The notes: generated by a model not told the origin, from the sequence alone. 64,000 nt of DNA from Candidatus Hydrogenedentota bacterium (GCA_963674865.2 CAXXYE010000009.1:224001-288000); one strand, 5' to 3'; counted from the first letter of the stretch, positions 48,581 through 59,019 are shown. Made by a program: numbers and translations.

Positions 48581-49517
48581 ACACGGTTGTCAGATACGCC
48601 AAGTAGATAGCGAACAGGACGCCGCCTTCCCAACGGCTCAACCTGCTTCCCGTCAGTCCGAAGAGCAGGAGGAGCACGGATAGGAACAACATCACCGGGA
48701 TGTCGAATATCAGCGTCTGACGGACGAGCGGCAGCGGCCTCACGAGGGAGCATGCCCCGATCACCCAAGCTAGGTTGAGGATATTCGCTCCAATGATGTT
48801 GCCAATCGACAAGCCCCGGCGCTTCTTGGCGATGGCCGCCAGGCTGACCACAAGCTCAGGCGTCGAGGTCCCCACGGCGACGACCGTGAGTCCGATAATC
48901 AGCTTCGACACGCCCATCAACAAGGCGAGTTGCTCCGCCGCGTGAACCATCATCTTGCTGCCCAGCACTACGCCCACCGCTCCGACGGCAAACAAGGCCA
49001 CAATCCGGCCGGTGCCCATGGCCTCCGCGGCGTCTTCGGCCTCGGTGGACGTGGCGCGATACTTCATCGATGAGCGGACGACGCTTACCAGGTAGACGCC
49101 CAGGCAGGACACCATGACGAGGCCCGTCCAGCGGCTGCCTTCAGGAAAGACGTATCCGAGCGCGCCGAAAATGCCCGCCAGCGCCAGCAGTCCCAAGCCG
49201 CTGTTGAGAAAGCCCCGGCGTTCTACGCCCATGGGCGACAGCAGCGCGCAGACGCCTAGGATCAAGCCCACGTTGCAGATAGTCGAGCCCACGGCGTTGC
49301 CGACAGCCATCTCAACGTGATTCTGAATAACCGCGGTGAAGGATACCGCGAATTCCGGCAGGGTCGTCGCGAGACTGACAATAGTCGCGCCTACGACGAT
49401 CTCCGGTATCCGAAGCCGCCGGGCGACCTCCACGGCGGCGTCCGTAAACCAATCCGCGGACTTGACGAGAATCGCCACGCCCGCAGCAAGAAGCACGAAG
49501 TGAAGGAGTAATTCCAT
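48552..49517 (-). CDS. Ca2+/Na+ antiporter (YrbG-like)
   Basis: Two alpha repeats, ATTLPE...GNAVGS and GTSTPE...GNIIGAN; overlaps the convergent ilvD 3' end. Confidence 0.9.
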   Translation of the reverse strand: MELLLHFVLLAAGVAILVKSADWFTDAAVEVARRLRIPEIVVGATIVSLATTLPEFAVSFTAVIQNHVEMAVGNAVGSTICNVGLILGVCALLSPMGVERRGFLNSGLGLLALAGIFGALGYVFPEGSRWTGLVMVSCLGVYLVSVVRSSMKYRATSTEAEDAAEAMGTGRIVALFAVGAVGVVLGSKMMVHAAEQLALLMGVSKLIIGLTVVAVGTSTPELVVSLAAIAKKRRGLSIGNIIGANILNLAWVIGACSLVRPLPLVRQTLIFDIPVMLFLSVLLLLFGLTGSRLSRWEGGVLFAIYLAYLTTVFTVFRTAAA

Positions 49518-49569
49518 AGGCGCGTAGCATAGCATATAGCCTGCGGCGGGCCAATCTTCTCCGTACGCG

Positions 49570-50800
49570 CTAAGTGATCCCCAGTTTTGCGATAGGTGCA
49601 TGAATAAGGGCCAAACACGAGTTTCCGACCTGTATACTGGCGAAAGTCGACCAAAACCGTCGTCAGCAGGAGGATTTTTCATGTTTGGCCCGAGCAAGAT
49701 TATGAAGTGGTTCGACCGGAATCTGCAAGAGGTGCGACGGTCGCGACGCAAGACGCTGGCCCATATCGCGGCAGGAGCCATGAAGATGAAAGGGGTCGGC
49801 GTGTTGGCGTTGGGACGCGCCATGGATGGCCCGGCACTCGCAAAGCACCGTATTAAAAGGGTGGATCGCTTCTTAGGCAATGAGCAGGTGGAAGCCTTCG
49901 CCATTGCCAAGGCGTTGTTCAACATCCTGCGAGGCCAAGACCGACGGCCCTTGGTCCTGGTCGATTGGACGGATCGCGGTGCCTTCGAACAACTGGTTCT
50001 CTCCATTCCCCAAGACGGCCGCTCTATGCCGTTCCACGCCATCTCCATCGATTCGACCAAATTCGGGACGGAAAGTGAAGGGGCTCTCATCCAAGCTGAA
50101 CGAGAGATTCTGCGAGACCTGCACGCCATGTGTCCGCCCGGCGTGACTCCGATTATCGTGGCCGACCGGGGCTTCGGAAACGAGCGCTGGATACGCGATG
50201 TCACAAACTGGGGATGGTGCTTTGTGCAGCGTCTGTCCAAGAATCATTGGGTCGAAACCGAGCACCACATCGGCACCCTCCCCGAACTGGGGATACGGCG
50301 AGGCTATCGCCCCAAAGACTGGGGCTGGGGCACGATGGGAGAAAAGGACGCCGACAACAAGACGCCCTTTCGGCTGGTCACCGTCTTCGGTTGGGAGGCC
50401 GACGAGCCGTGGTATCTCATTACAAACATTGAAGATCGCGAGGCCCGGGCCATCACATCCATCTACGCGAAGCGCTGGTGGACTGAAATGATGTTTCGAG
50501 ATCTGAAGAACCGCAAATGGGGGCTCGGCATGGACGAAGTGAAACTCACCTCCCGCCAGCGCACCGCTGTGCACTTCATCATCGTCATGCTTGCCTTCAT
50601 TCTTCTGTGCGCCTTCGGCGCCTTCGCCGAAACCAAAGACTTCGGCGAACAACTCAAAGCAAACACCGCCGAGAACAGAGCCCTCTCCCTCGCCGCCACA
50701 GGAAACCACTTCATCGAATTCATCGGACGAACCACCGTTGCTATGGCCATCGCTAGATTGGTCTACGCACCTACATAGAACCAAACTGGGGAGTACTCAG
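49570..50800 (+). mobile_element. IS4-family insertion sequence, copy 2 (1231 bp)
   Basis: Same ends and same encoded protein as copy 1; 7-bp target duplication GTACGCG at 49563-49569 and 50801-50807. Confidence 0.93.
49681..50778 (+). CDS. IS4-family DDE transposase
   Basis: Translation identical to 19204-20301. Confidence 0.92.
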   Translation: MFGPSKIMKWFDRNLQEVRRSRRKTLAHIAAGAMKMKGVGVLALGRAMDGPALAKHRIKRVDRFLGNEQVEAFAIAKALFNILRGQDRRPLVLVDWTDRGAFEQLVLSIPQDGRSMPFHAISIDSTKFGTESEGALIQAEREILRDLHAMCPPGVTPIIVADRGFGNERWIRDVTNWGWCFVQRLSKNHWVETEHHIGTLPELGIRRGYRPKDWGWGTMGEKDADNKTPFRLVTVFGWEADEPWYLITNIEDREARAITSIYAKRWWTEMMFRDLKNRKWGLGMDEVKLTSRQRTAVHFIIVMLAFILLCAFGAFAETKDFGEQLKANTAENRALSLAATGNHFIEFIGRTTVAMAIARLVYAPT

Positions 50801-50951
50801 GTACGCGACGACCCCGGCTCGTGTAGGCTCTGCGACGCCAAAGGACGGGCCGTCCCGGTTCCGTTGAGGCCCTCGATCCTACCTGCGTTCGACTCGCTTT
50901 TCGGCCGAAACGCGTGCTAATATCGTGTACTTAGGCAGGAGGGGACTCTCT

Positions 50952-51788
50952 ATGATCAGGAGACTTAGAAAGCTTGTTCGCGAAGCGCTGACGGAGGACA
51001 TCGGCCAAGAGGACATCACTACCACTACGATGGTTCCTCCCGACGCTCGTTGTGAAGCGCGGTTAATTGCGAAGCAAGACGGCGTCTTGAGCGGGATGGA
51101 AGTATTCCGCATTGTGTTCGATGTGCTCCGCGCTAGCGTAACTGACTGGGGCGCCCTCTCGGATGGCGCCAAGTTCACGAAGGGTGATGAAATTGCCACC
51201 TTCAGCGGGAGTACTGCCGCCGTTCTGACGGGAGAGCGGGTGGCCATGAATTTCATCCAGCACCTTTCGGGCGTGGCGACCCTTACGGCCAAGCATGTCG
51301 CCGCCGTCGAAGGGCTGAACGTCAAGATCTGCGACACCCGCAAGACCACGCCCCTCCTTCGCCAACTTGAGAAAAAGGCTGTCGTGGATGGCGGCGGCAC
51401 GAATCACCGGCACACGCTCTTCAACGGCGTCGTCATCAAAGAGAACCACATCGTCGCCGCGGGCGGTATCCGCGAAGCCATCAAAAAGGCGTGGGATAGA
51501 ACTCACCATCTGATGAAGATCGAGGTCGAAGTCACGAACCTTGATGAATTCGACGCGGCATTAGATTCGGAAGCTGATGTGATCATGCTCGACAACATGA
51601 GCCTGGCCAACATGCGCGAGGCCGTACGCCGCTCTCGTAAGAGACGCGTCGTACTCGAGGCAAGCGGCAACGCGAACCTCTCCACCGTGCGCAAGATTGC
51701 GGAAACAGGCGTGCACGTCATTTCTGTGGGGGCGCTAACTCACTCGGCGCCTTCTGTGGATCTGTCCTTTCTGATTGAGAATGCCTAG
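50952..51788 (+). CDS. nadC: Quinolinate phosphoribosyltransferase
   Basis: EDIG..DIT, GERVAMN, DTRKTTP, KENH, IMLDNM and EASG motifs; AGGAGG RBS. Confidence 0.95.
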   Translation: MIRRLRKLVREALTEDIGQEDITTTTMVPPDARCEARLIAKQDGVLSGMEVFRIVFDVLRASVTDWGALSDGAKFTKGDEIATFSGSTAAVLTGERVAMNFIQHLSGVATLTAKHVAAVEGLNVKICDTRKTTPLLRQLEKKAVVDGGGTNHRHTLFNGVVIKENHIVAAGGIREAIKKAWDRTHHLMKIEVEVTNLDEFDAALDSEADVIMLDNMSLANMREAVRRSRKRRVVLEASGNANLSTVRKIAETGVHVISVGALTHSAPSVDLSFLIENA

Positions 51789-51856
51789 GAGTGCGGCCGG
51801 AAAGCCGCCGAATGACGGGGAATGAGAGTTCTGGGTATTGAGATAACGACTCACAA

Positions 51857-52669
51857 ATGCTTTCTGGCCGCATTCCACCGGGAACCGCACTTTCAGGCCA
51901 GACTTCTAGGAGTGTGCCTTCAGGCCTGATGCCTAGCCCGACGCCACACGCTTCGCTCGCCGCCGTGCCGGCGAACACGGACATTGTCGCTTCGCGCATC
52001 CTGACGTACGAGGAAGTCTCGAGCACCAATGACGTAGCCTTGCGTCTCGGTGGGCAAGGCACCGTGATCGTAGCTGATCGGCAAACCGCCGGCCGCGGCC
52101 GCCATGGGCGCTCGTGGCACAGTCCCGCGGGACTCGGGCTCTGGTTTAGCGTGGCCTTCGAGGAGCCGCTCGACGGCTTGACCTTTGCCGGTGTCTTGGC
52201 TGTGCGGGACGCCCTGAGAAGCTACGCCCCGCTGGACGTCAAGTGGCCCAACGACCTCCTGGCCTACGGAAAGAAGATCTGCGGTGTTCTTGTTGAGCGC
52301 AGACAGAAGCGCAGCGCGTTGGGCATCGGCATCAATGTCCATCACCGCGCCGAGGATTTCCCGGAAGACCTCCGCTGCCGCGCGACCTCCCTGGCCATTC
52401 TCGGCGCCGAGCCGCTCGATCGCGGCGCCGTGCTGCGGGATGTTTTGACCCACCTTGACCGCCGCGTTATGCTCTTATACCGGCAGGGGCTGGAGCCTAC
52501 ATGGCGGGAGTGGGCCGACGCCTGCCGATTAGACGGGCGGCGGGTGCGCTGGGACGGCATGGAGGCCACGGTAACGCGCATTGAGAAGGACGGCGCGTTG
52601 GTGCTGGCCACGCCGAAGGGCGCCCATCGGCTGGTAAAGGGCGAGATCGCCGTACTGGACGGGACTTGA
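51857..52669 (+). CDS. birA: Biotin-protein ligase (no evident HTH); start uncertain
   Basis: SSTND, QTAGRGR.GRSW, KWPND, KICGVL and GIGINV motifs. Confidence 0.9.
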   Translation: MLSGRIPPGTALSGQTSRSVPSGLMPSPTPHASLAAVPANTDIVASRILTYEEVSSTNDVALRLGGQGTVIVADRQTAGRGRHGRSWHSPAGLGLWFSVAFEEPLDGLTFAGVLAVRDALRSYAPLDVKWPNDLLAYGKKICGVLVERRQKRSALGIGINVHHRAEDFPEDLRCRATSLAILGAEPLDRGAVLRDVLTHLDRRVMLLYRQGLEPTWREWADACRLDGRRVRWDGMEATVTRIEKDGALVLATPKGAHRLVKGEIAVLDGT

Positions 52670-52672
52670 GCC

Positions 52673-53464
52673 ATGCTCTTTGTCATTGATGTTGGAAACT
52701 CACAAACCGTGCCGGGGCTGTATGAGGGGGACACGCTGCGTGCTCATTGGCGCGTCTCCACCATTGGCCACCGGACGGCTGACGAGCTGCGCATCCTCTT
52801 GACGATGCTGCTCCGGGGCGAAGGCATCGCGCCAGAGGCCGTCACGGGCTGCTGCATCTCGAGCGTTGTGCCTCAGCTCAACGCGGCCCTTCTCCAGGTG
52901 TCCCAAGACATGTTTCACGTGGATCCGGTGATGATTGGCCCCGGCGTCAAAACGGGCCTCGTGATTCAAGTGGATAATCCGCGCGAAGTCGGCGCCGACC
53001 GCATTGTCAATGCGGTGGCGGCCGTCAAGGAATACGGTACACCCCTGATCATCATCGATCTCGGCACGGCGACCACGCTCGACGCGATCTCCGAACAGGC
53101 CGAGTACCGGGGCGGCGTCATCTTGCCGGGGATCTTCCTGGCGAGCGACGTCCTGTTCGAACGCTGCGCCCAACTGCCGCGCGTCGAGTTGACGGTGCCG
53201 CCTGCCGTGATCGGGCGCAACACCGTGACGTGTATCCAGGCCGGCCTCACCTATGGCTACGCCGAACTCGTCGATGGATTGATCGGCAGAATGGCCGCAG
53301 AGATGGGCGGCTCGCCCAAAGTAATCGCAACGGGCGGCTTGGCCAACGTGATCGCCGGAGTCGCCCGGAAGATTGACACCGTCGATCCCCTACTGACGCT
53401 CAAGGGCCTGAAGACCGTCTTCGATAGAAACGCCACGGCCGGCCCGCGGGCGGAACAGCCTTGA
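52673..53464 (+). CDS. coaX: Type III pantothenate kinase
   Basis: IDVGNS, SSVVP, VGADR, DLGTATT and ATGG motifs. Confidence 0.95.
   Translation: MLFVIDVGNSQTVPGLYEGDTLRAHWRVSTIGHRTADELRILLTMLLRGEGIAPEAVTGCCISSVVPQLNAALLQVSQDMFHVDPVMIGPGVKTGLVIQVDNPREVGADRIVNAVAAVKEYGTPLIIIDLGTATTLDAISEQAEYRGGVILPGIFLASDVLFERCAQLPRVELTVPPAVIGRNTVTCIQAGLTYGYAELVDGLIGRMAAEMGGSPKVIATGGLANVIAGVARKIDTVDPLLTLKGLKTVFDRNATAGPRAEQP
52911..52926. promoter_or_regulatory. Possible degenerate parS site inside coaX
   Basis: TGTTTCACGTGGATCC: perfect left half-site, degenerate right half-site. Confidence 0.3.
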
Positions 53465-54174
53465 CGCCGACATTGCCGGGGGCGACCTTCAGAAACACTG
53501 CTGTCTTGAAGACACGAATTCGACATATCGCCGTATCTTCAGCCGATGCGGCGCGGACATGCCGCGCTTGCGGCACGAGTCTGAGCGTCTTCGCAGCGCT
53601 TCTGCTGGCTGGCTGTCTGGCGAGCTGCGGCGGCGCCAACCCGCCCGCGAATCCGCCCGTCGCACCGGTTGTCGAGGATGATCCGGCGCCACCCGCCGAC
53701 GCGCTCGAAGGCGGCGGCGATATTGTCTGGCGCGTCTTCGACGATTCCGGCGCCGGCGCGGGGCCGGAGAAGCCGACGATGATCATCAAGAGTCCAAAGG
53801 CGTCGCAGACGGGCGACAATGACTGGGTTTTTGAGAATGCGGAAGTGACCCTATACAATCGCGAGGGGCGGACGACGACCCTCGATGCCGCGCGCGGCGA
53901 GCTTCAGTATATTGAGGGGCAAGTGCGTGAAGAGGCCCTCGGCCACATGCTGCTGACGGATGGTGTTCGTCTTCGGACGGACACGATGGAAATTGAGTTG
54001 GCCGACCTTCGATGGCAACCGGAAACACGGACAATGTTTTCAGATAATCCCGTGTCGCTGCGCGATGGTGAGACGGAGTTGCACGCCGCGGGCCTTCGGT
54101 TCGCTCCCGACACAGGTGAGCTTACCCTCAAGGAAGTCCGGGGGACGCTGGAATTCAAACGGAGAATAGATTAA
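53461..54174 (+). CDS. LptC-like LPS export periplasmic protein; start uncertain
   Basis: Beta-jellyroll-like pattern (L.W......SD.PV...G...A.GL); two genes upstream of lptB. Confidence 0.6.
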   Translation: MTPTLPGATFRNTAVLKTRIRHIAVSSADAARTCRACGTSLSVFAALLLAGCLASCGGANPPANPPVAPVVEDDPAPPADALEGGGDIVWRVFDDSGAGAGPEKPTMIIKSPKASQTGDNDWVFENAEVTLYNREGRTTTLDAARGELQYIEGQVREEALGHMLLTDGVRLRTDTMEIELADLRWQPETRTMFSDNPVSLRDGETELHAAGLRFAPDTGELTLKEVRGTLEFKRRID

Positions 54175-55112
54175 TGAGCAAGGGCTGCACACGGTACCGG
54201 TGTGTTGTAGGCGTTACATTGGCCGTCGCGGCTTGTGTCTGTGCGGCGGGCCAACAGGCGCCGACTCGATTCGACTTCGACAAGTTCACTGCCAACTACA
54301 TCGGGGAATTCATCGTCAAAGAGGGGGAATTCCTCGAATGGACGGACGGTGTGGACGTTGTCCTACAGCCGGACGACCCAGAGATGAAGCCCCTGCGCCT
54401 GCGGGCGCGTGAGTTCCATTTCACCTATGCCTCGGAAGGGGCCGTCCGGGTCCTTGCGCTGATTACCATGCTGGGCGAGGTGGTGATCAATTACCCAGAG
54501 ATTGGAGAGATGAGCGCCGGCCGCGCCGAGTGGGATCAGCGGACGGGCCTCATCGCGCTCACCGAGCATCCTCAGGCCCTGCTCAAGAGCGCCGGCGGTG
54601 CGCCGATCAAAGGCGAAAAGATCGTGCTGAATCCTGATGAGGGACTTTTCCGCGTGGTGAAACTCACCGATTCTGAGATCGACCTCAGCGCCATGCGTGC
54701 GGCGAGCAAGAAGGAAATCGATCCATCGCTCCTGGCTGTTGCCGACGTGCGGGACTTCACCGGCCTTGTGGCGAAGGTTCAGGCGGACGCCGCCGCCGAA
54801 AAGCCTTCCCCCGGCAAGCGGCTCGTAAGTCTGCTGGCGGATGATGCGCGGACGTTCTTCTTGTCCATGACGGCCCAACAGGCGGCCGATCCGGGACTCC
54901 AAGCGCGTATCGCCAAGGAATTCAACCGTGTCCTAGTCCGGCGCGATTTCTACACCGCCGAATCGTGGCAGGGCATCGAGCTCGGCTCCGAGGCGAAGGC
55001 CCTGCTCGCGCAAGGTGTCGACGCCCTTGAGCCTAGCAAAGTGACGCGGCTGAACCGGCTCTTATTCCAGGCGGCGTACGCCAATCACTTTGCGCCGCCG
55101 GCCGCCCAATAG
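54174..55112 (+). CDS. Secreted LptA/OstA-like protein with an extra helical C-terminal domain
   Basis: Signal peptide; G.VVI...AGRAEWD......LT.HP...GEKIVL pattern; directly upstream of lptB. Confidence 0.5.
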   Translation: MSKGCTRYRCVVGVTLAVAACVCAAGQQAPTRFDFDKFTANYIGEFIVKEGEFLEWTDGVDVVLQPDDPEMKPLRLRAREFHFTYASEGAVRVLALITMLGEVVINYPEIGEMSAGRAEWDQRTGLIALTEHPQALLKSAGGAPIKGEKIVLNPDEGLFRVVKLTDSEIDLSAMRAASKKEIDPSLLAVADVRDFTGLVAKVQADAAAEKPSPGKRLVSLLADDARTFFLSMTAQQAADPGLQARIAKEFNRVLVRRDFYTAESWQGIELGSEAKALLAQGVDALEPSKVTRLNRLLFQAAYANHFAPPAAQ

Positions 55113-55133
55113 GCCTGGTGAAGGAGGCCCGCC

Positions 55134-55877
55134 GTGCCGGACAGAAGTGATGTGGTGTTGCGCACCGAGAATCTTGTCAAGCAGTTCAGCCGCCGCACGG
55201 TTGTCCGTGACGTATCCATCGAACTCGCCCCCGGCGAGGTCGTCGGTCTCCTCGGCCCCAACGGCGCGGGAAAGACCACCACCTTCCGCATGACGGTGGG
55301 CCTTCTCCGGCCCAACCGTGGCCACATCTGGTTCCGCAATCGCGACGTGACTCGGCTTCCCATGTACCGCCGCGCCCGCGAAGGCATGGCGTACCTTCCT
55401 CAGGAGCCCTCCGTGTTCCGCCAGCTCACCGTCCGGCAGAACCTCCTCGCCATTCTCGAGTACCAGCCGATGACGCGCGCCGCCCGGCGTGAAAAGGCCG
55501 ACGCCCTGCTCGAAGAACTGGGCGTCGCACACGTCGCCGATAACTTCGCCTATAGCCTGTCCGGCGGGGAGCGCCGACGGACGGAGATCTGCCGTGCCCT
55601 CGTTACCGAGCCGAAGGTCTTCCTACTCGACGAGCCGTTCGCGGGCATCGATCCCATCGCCGTGGCCGACCTCCAGGAAACGGTGGCCCACCTCAAGGAC
55701 AAAGGGATCGGCGTATTGATCACCGACCACAACGTCCGCGACACCCTCGCTATCACCGATCGCGCCTACATCATCAGCGAGGGCAGCGTCATATGCGCAG
55801 GGACGCCGAAGGAGATTGCCGAGAATCCCACCGCACGGGAAATTTACCTCGGCGAGAAGTTCAGGATGGATTTCTAG
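55134..55877 (+). CDS. lptB: LPS export ABC transporter ATPase
   Basis: [38 protein letters not shown] and ITDHNVR motifs. Confidence 0.95.
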   Translation: MPDRSDVVLRTENLVKQFSRRTVVRDVSIELAPGEVVGLLGPNGAGKTTTFRMTVGLLRPNRGHIWFRNRDVTRLPMYRRAREGMAYLPQEPSVFRQLTVRQNLLAILEYQPMTRAARREKADALLEELGVAHVADNFAYSLSGGERRRTEICRALVTEPKVFLLDEPFAGIDPIAVADLQETVAHLKDKGIGVLITDHNVRDTLAITDRAYIISEGSVICAGTPKEIAENPTAREIYLGEKFRMDF

Positions 55878-55917
55878 GAATCCGGCCTGAAAGCGCGGTT
55901 CCTGGCAGAGTGCGGCC

Positions 55918-56868
55918 TCAGCCCTTCTTCTCCGCGCGTTCGGCTTCGTACTGCTCGAGTGTCTTGCGGAGCAAGCGGCGCCGGGCCGGATAATCCGCTA
56001 CCAGAGCTACCGCCTCTTGCTGGTACTCGATGGCCTTGTCGAGGTCGCCGAGTTCGTAGAAGGCGCGCGCGTAGGTATCCACAATCTCCGCGGCCTGGCC
56101 ATCCGATGCATCGTACGCCGCCTTGGCAACGCGAAGTGCGTAATCCAGGTTCCTGTACTCGATGCGGCGATTTGTCAGGATATCCCACGATAGCCGGTTG
56201 AACATGAACGGATCCCAGCCGTACTTCAGAATCTGTTCGCCGATCTCGTCCGCTTTGCCCGGATTCTCGCCCGTGACGGCGAGGTCCACGTATTGCTGGT
56301 ACCATTCCCCGATTTTCTGAGCGGCCTCGACGTCGTAAGTCCCGTCCAGGACCTTTGTCAACACCCCATCCAGCCCCGAGAGCGGATGTCCTTCCCAAAC
56401 AATGGCCCCCGACTTGTCTACGACAAAAGAGTGTGGTATGCCTTCGAGTCCGAAGGCCTCAATGTATGCCTTACTGGTTGCCTGATTCGCATCAGCCGCC
56501 ACGACGTAGTTGATCTTGTTGCCGGCCTTGTCGACGAAGGCGCTGACGATATCGGCGTTTTCAGCGCTAACGCCGACGAGAACGACGCCCTGATCCCGGA
56601 ACTTCTCTTGGATGGTGCAGAGATGGGAAATCGCGTAGACGCACGGGGCGCACCACGTCGCCCAGAAGTCGATTACGTAGACCTTCTCGCCCTTTCCCGA
56701 TGCGAGGTCCACCGGCCCCCCTTTCACCCATTGCGCGATCTGCAGCGGCGGCGCCGGATCGCCCAATTTCATGGTTGCGGGCGGCGGGGGGGCTGATAGC
56801 AGACAGCCGGAAAGCGCAACAGACACCAAGCTCACGACAAGAGCAACGGGGGCGTGCCCTATTCGCAT
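55918..56868 (-). CDS. TlpA-like thioredoxin lipoprotein with a C-terminal TPR
   Basis: LSGC lipobox; DFWATWCAPC; GIP; DTYARAFY TPR. Confidence 0.88.
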   Translation of the reverse strand: MRIGHAPVALVVSLVSVALSGCLLSAPPPPATMKLGDPAPPLQIAQWVKGGPVDLASGKGEKVYVIDFWATWCAPCVYAISHLCTIQEKFRDQGVVLVGVSAENADIVSAFVDKAGNKINYVVAADANQATSKAYIEAFGLEGIPHSFVVDKSGAIVWEGHPLSGLDGVLTKVLDGTYDVEAAQKIGEWYQQYVDLAVTGENPGKADEIGEQILKYGWDPFMFNRLSWDILTNRRIEYRNLDYALRVAKAAYDASDGQAAEIVDTYARAFYELGDLDKAIEYQQEAVALVADYPARRRLLRKTLEQYEAERAEKKG

Positions 56869-56937
56869 GGCAGTCTCCTCCTCCCGGCGGCGTCAACGCC
56901 ATCATGTTCTCGCGGCCATGACCGGCCGTGTCGCGGC

Positions 56938-58983
56938 TTACTGCGTGAAGGCGATGGCGTGTCCGTCGAGGTCTGTCAGCCTGACGCAGAACTCCCACCC
57001 GCCGCCGTACTGCGTGATCTTCACAAGGATGACGTTCTCGCCTGCTTCGAGATGCGCACGCTGGATGTCGCTGTCGAGAACCAGCGTCCGGCCCACCTCG
57101 TTCTGATGTATCGCGGCGCCGTTGAGCCAGCAGGCAATCCCGTCGTTGCTGCCCATCTTCACCAGCACGTCCTGGGCTTCGCTCACCTTCACGATGGCCC
57201 GCCCGTAGGCGAGGCCGCTGCCTTCAGATGTGTAGATCTCGTGTAGCGGCGCCACGCCCGCCGGATCATCCGTCTCCCATGTGGCCCACGCCACCTGCGC
57301 TCCGTCGGCGCCCTCGTATCGGGCGTTGCGTTTGTACTCTACCTCCGGCGGATACGCCAGGTTGAAGTCGGTGTATGGGAACGGGCCAATCAAATCCCAA
57401 CGCGTAATGCACCCGCGGCGCGCCGCGGCGCCGCCGAGGCCCAAGGCCTCCAAGCCTCTTGCTGCCCGGGCGATCAAGGCGCGATTGGACGCCCCGCTCA
57501 ACACCACGTCGAATATCGTCGCCGCCTTGTCCCGATCCTCGGCTGTCAACTTCTCGGCAATGGACAGCGCGCATACAGCCAGATCATTGTGGAGTTCCTC
57601 CTCGCCGACGAATCGCTGGAGGTACGGAAGCGAACGCGGACTTGCGATGGCCGCCATGCCCGCCAACGGCTGCTTGCGTTGAACATGCGTCTCTGCCAAG
57701 TCCAGCGCCGCGTGATACATGCCTAGCGCTTTCTGAGCGTCGCCCGCAAGCATGACTTCATCCGCCGCGTTGGTGTAGGCCTGGAGCGCCGCCGCCCGCT
57801 CGCCCTCGGCTCCCTGACGCGCGATATCCAAACACCGCCCAGTGTATGTAACGCGCACCTCAGGTGTCTCGCCAAGCAGTTCGAGGGCGGTAATCCTGAC
57901 ATCGATATCCTCGCAGTCCATTGCCCGCTCGATCATCGGAACAGCTTCCTTCGCGTCACGCGTATGAAGCACCTCGAGGATGGCGCGTTTCAGCGCCGGG
58001 CAAGCCGTTCCGTATCGCGCCCGCAGCAACCTGTCGACGCGATGCCCCTTCAAGGCCATCAACGCCTCGACGGCGACCCCGCGCACCTCGGGCCGCTCAG
58101 AGGCCAGATACGGCAGAATACGCCGCGCGGCGCCGCTCTTCCCGACATGCCCAAGTCCCACGATCGCGGCGGCTACGGCCTTGGGCTCTGTGTCCGATGC
58201 TGCCAACAAATCGGCGTACATGCGCCGGGCGCGCGCGGGCTGCTGCTGCTCGGCCAGCATCAAGTAGGCCGACAAGGCATTGGGGCAGCGGCACCCCTTG
58301 TACTTCTCCCAGAGGATAGCGCGCGCCGATGGATCTCCGGCCCGGCCCAGCGCTTCATATAATGCGCAGCAGCAACTACTTTCCGGACACTTGGCCTCCT
58401 GGATCAAAGCCTGGACGGCCTTGTCGCCGCCGATGGCCCCCAGGGCATTGATGATGGCCACGCGTTCGGTATCGCGCGCGGCAGGCAGCTTATCGGCAAG
58501 GCCCGCCGCGGCCTCATCGCCGGCGATGGCCTGTAATGCGAACACGGCCATGTTGAAAGCGTCCGGACTCTCCATCAAGGCCAGAAGCGTTGGTACGGCC
58601 TCAGGCCCACCGGTGTATGAAAGCAGCCATAACAGCCAGTCGCGTCCCCGCCGCGTCCTGGCGTCTTCAGCCGCCCCGCACAGCGCGGCGCTTGCCGCTG
58701 CCCTGGTTGTCTCCGAGTCCGAAGCTGCTCCGACAATCTTCTCGAGGGCCACTTTCGCCGCGCGGGCGACGGCCGGGTCGGCACAGTCAAGCAGCGGCGC
58801 CACGGCGGGGATCGCCTCGGGGCCGAACCTGCCCGCCCCTTCGTAGGCCGACGCCTGTGTCGACGCATCATCGCCCGACAGCGCGGCAACCAGATCCTCG
58901 ATCTCGCCTGCATTCGCGGCCGACATGGCCAAAATCGCCGCAAAGCCCAGGAAGGCCGCGATGGATTTCATTCTCATTCTCAC
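56938..58983 (-). CDS. Secreted HEAT-repeat protein with a C-terminal beta-sandwich
   Basis: Signal peptide; HEAT repeats; W.LIGPF, GSNDG...WLNG and L.AGEN.ILVK motifs. Confidence 0.8.
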   Translation of the reverse strand: MRMRMKSIAAFLGFAAILAMSAANAGEIEDLVAALSGDDASTQASAYEGAGRFGPEAIPAVAPLLDCADPAVARAAKVALEKIVGAASDSETTRAAASAALCGAAEDARTRRGRDWLLWLLSYTGGPEAVPTLLALMESPDAFNMAVFALQAIAGDEAAAGLADKLPAARDTERVAIINALGAIGGDKAVQALIQEAKCPESSCCCALYEALGRAGDPSARAILWEKYKGCRCPNALSAYLMLAEQQQPARARRMYADLLAASDTEPKAVAAAIVGLGHVGKSGAARRILPYLASERPEVRGVAVEALMALKGHRVDRLLRARYGTACPALKRAILEVLHTRDAKEAVPMIERAMDCEDIDVRITALELLGETPEVRVTYTGRCLDIARQGAEGERAAALQAYTNAADEVMLAGDAQKALGMYHAALDLAETHVQRKQPLAGMAAIASPRSLPYLQRFVGEEELHNDLAVCALSIAEKLTAEDRDKAATIFDVVLSGASNRALIARAARGLEALGLGGAAARRGCITRWDLIGPFPYTDFNLAYPPEVEYKRNARYEGADGAQVAWATWETDDPAGVAPLHEIYTSEGSGLAYGRAIVKVSEAQDVLVKMGSNDGIACWLNGAAIHQNEVGRTLVLDSDIQRAHLEAGENVILVKITQYGGGWEFCVRLTDLDGHAIAFTQ

Positions 58984-59019
58984 TCCTCCGTTAGGAAATG
59001 CTCTGAAAGGCCCGCTTCT

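Noticed and set aside
48552..50240. 562-aa ORF fusing IS antisense sequence to the antiporter
   Set aside because: Chance open frame through the IS; antiporter homology starts at ATG 49517.
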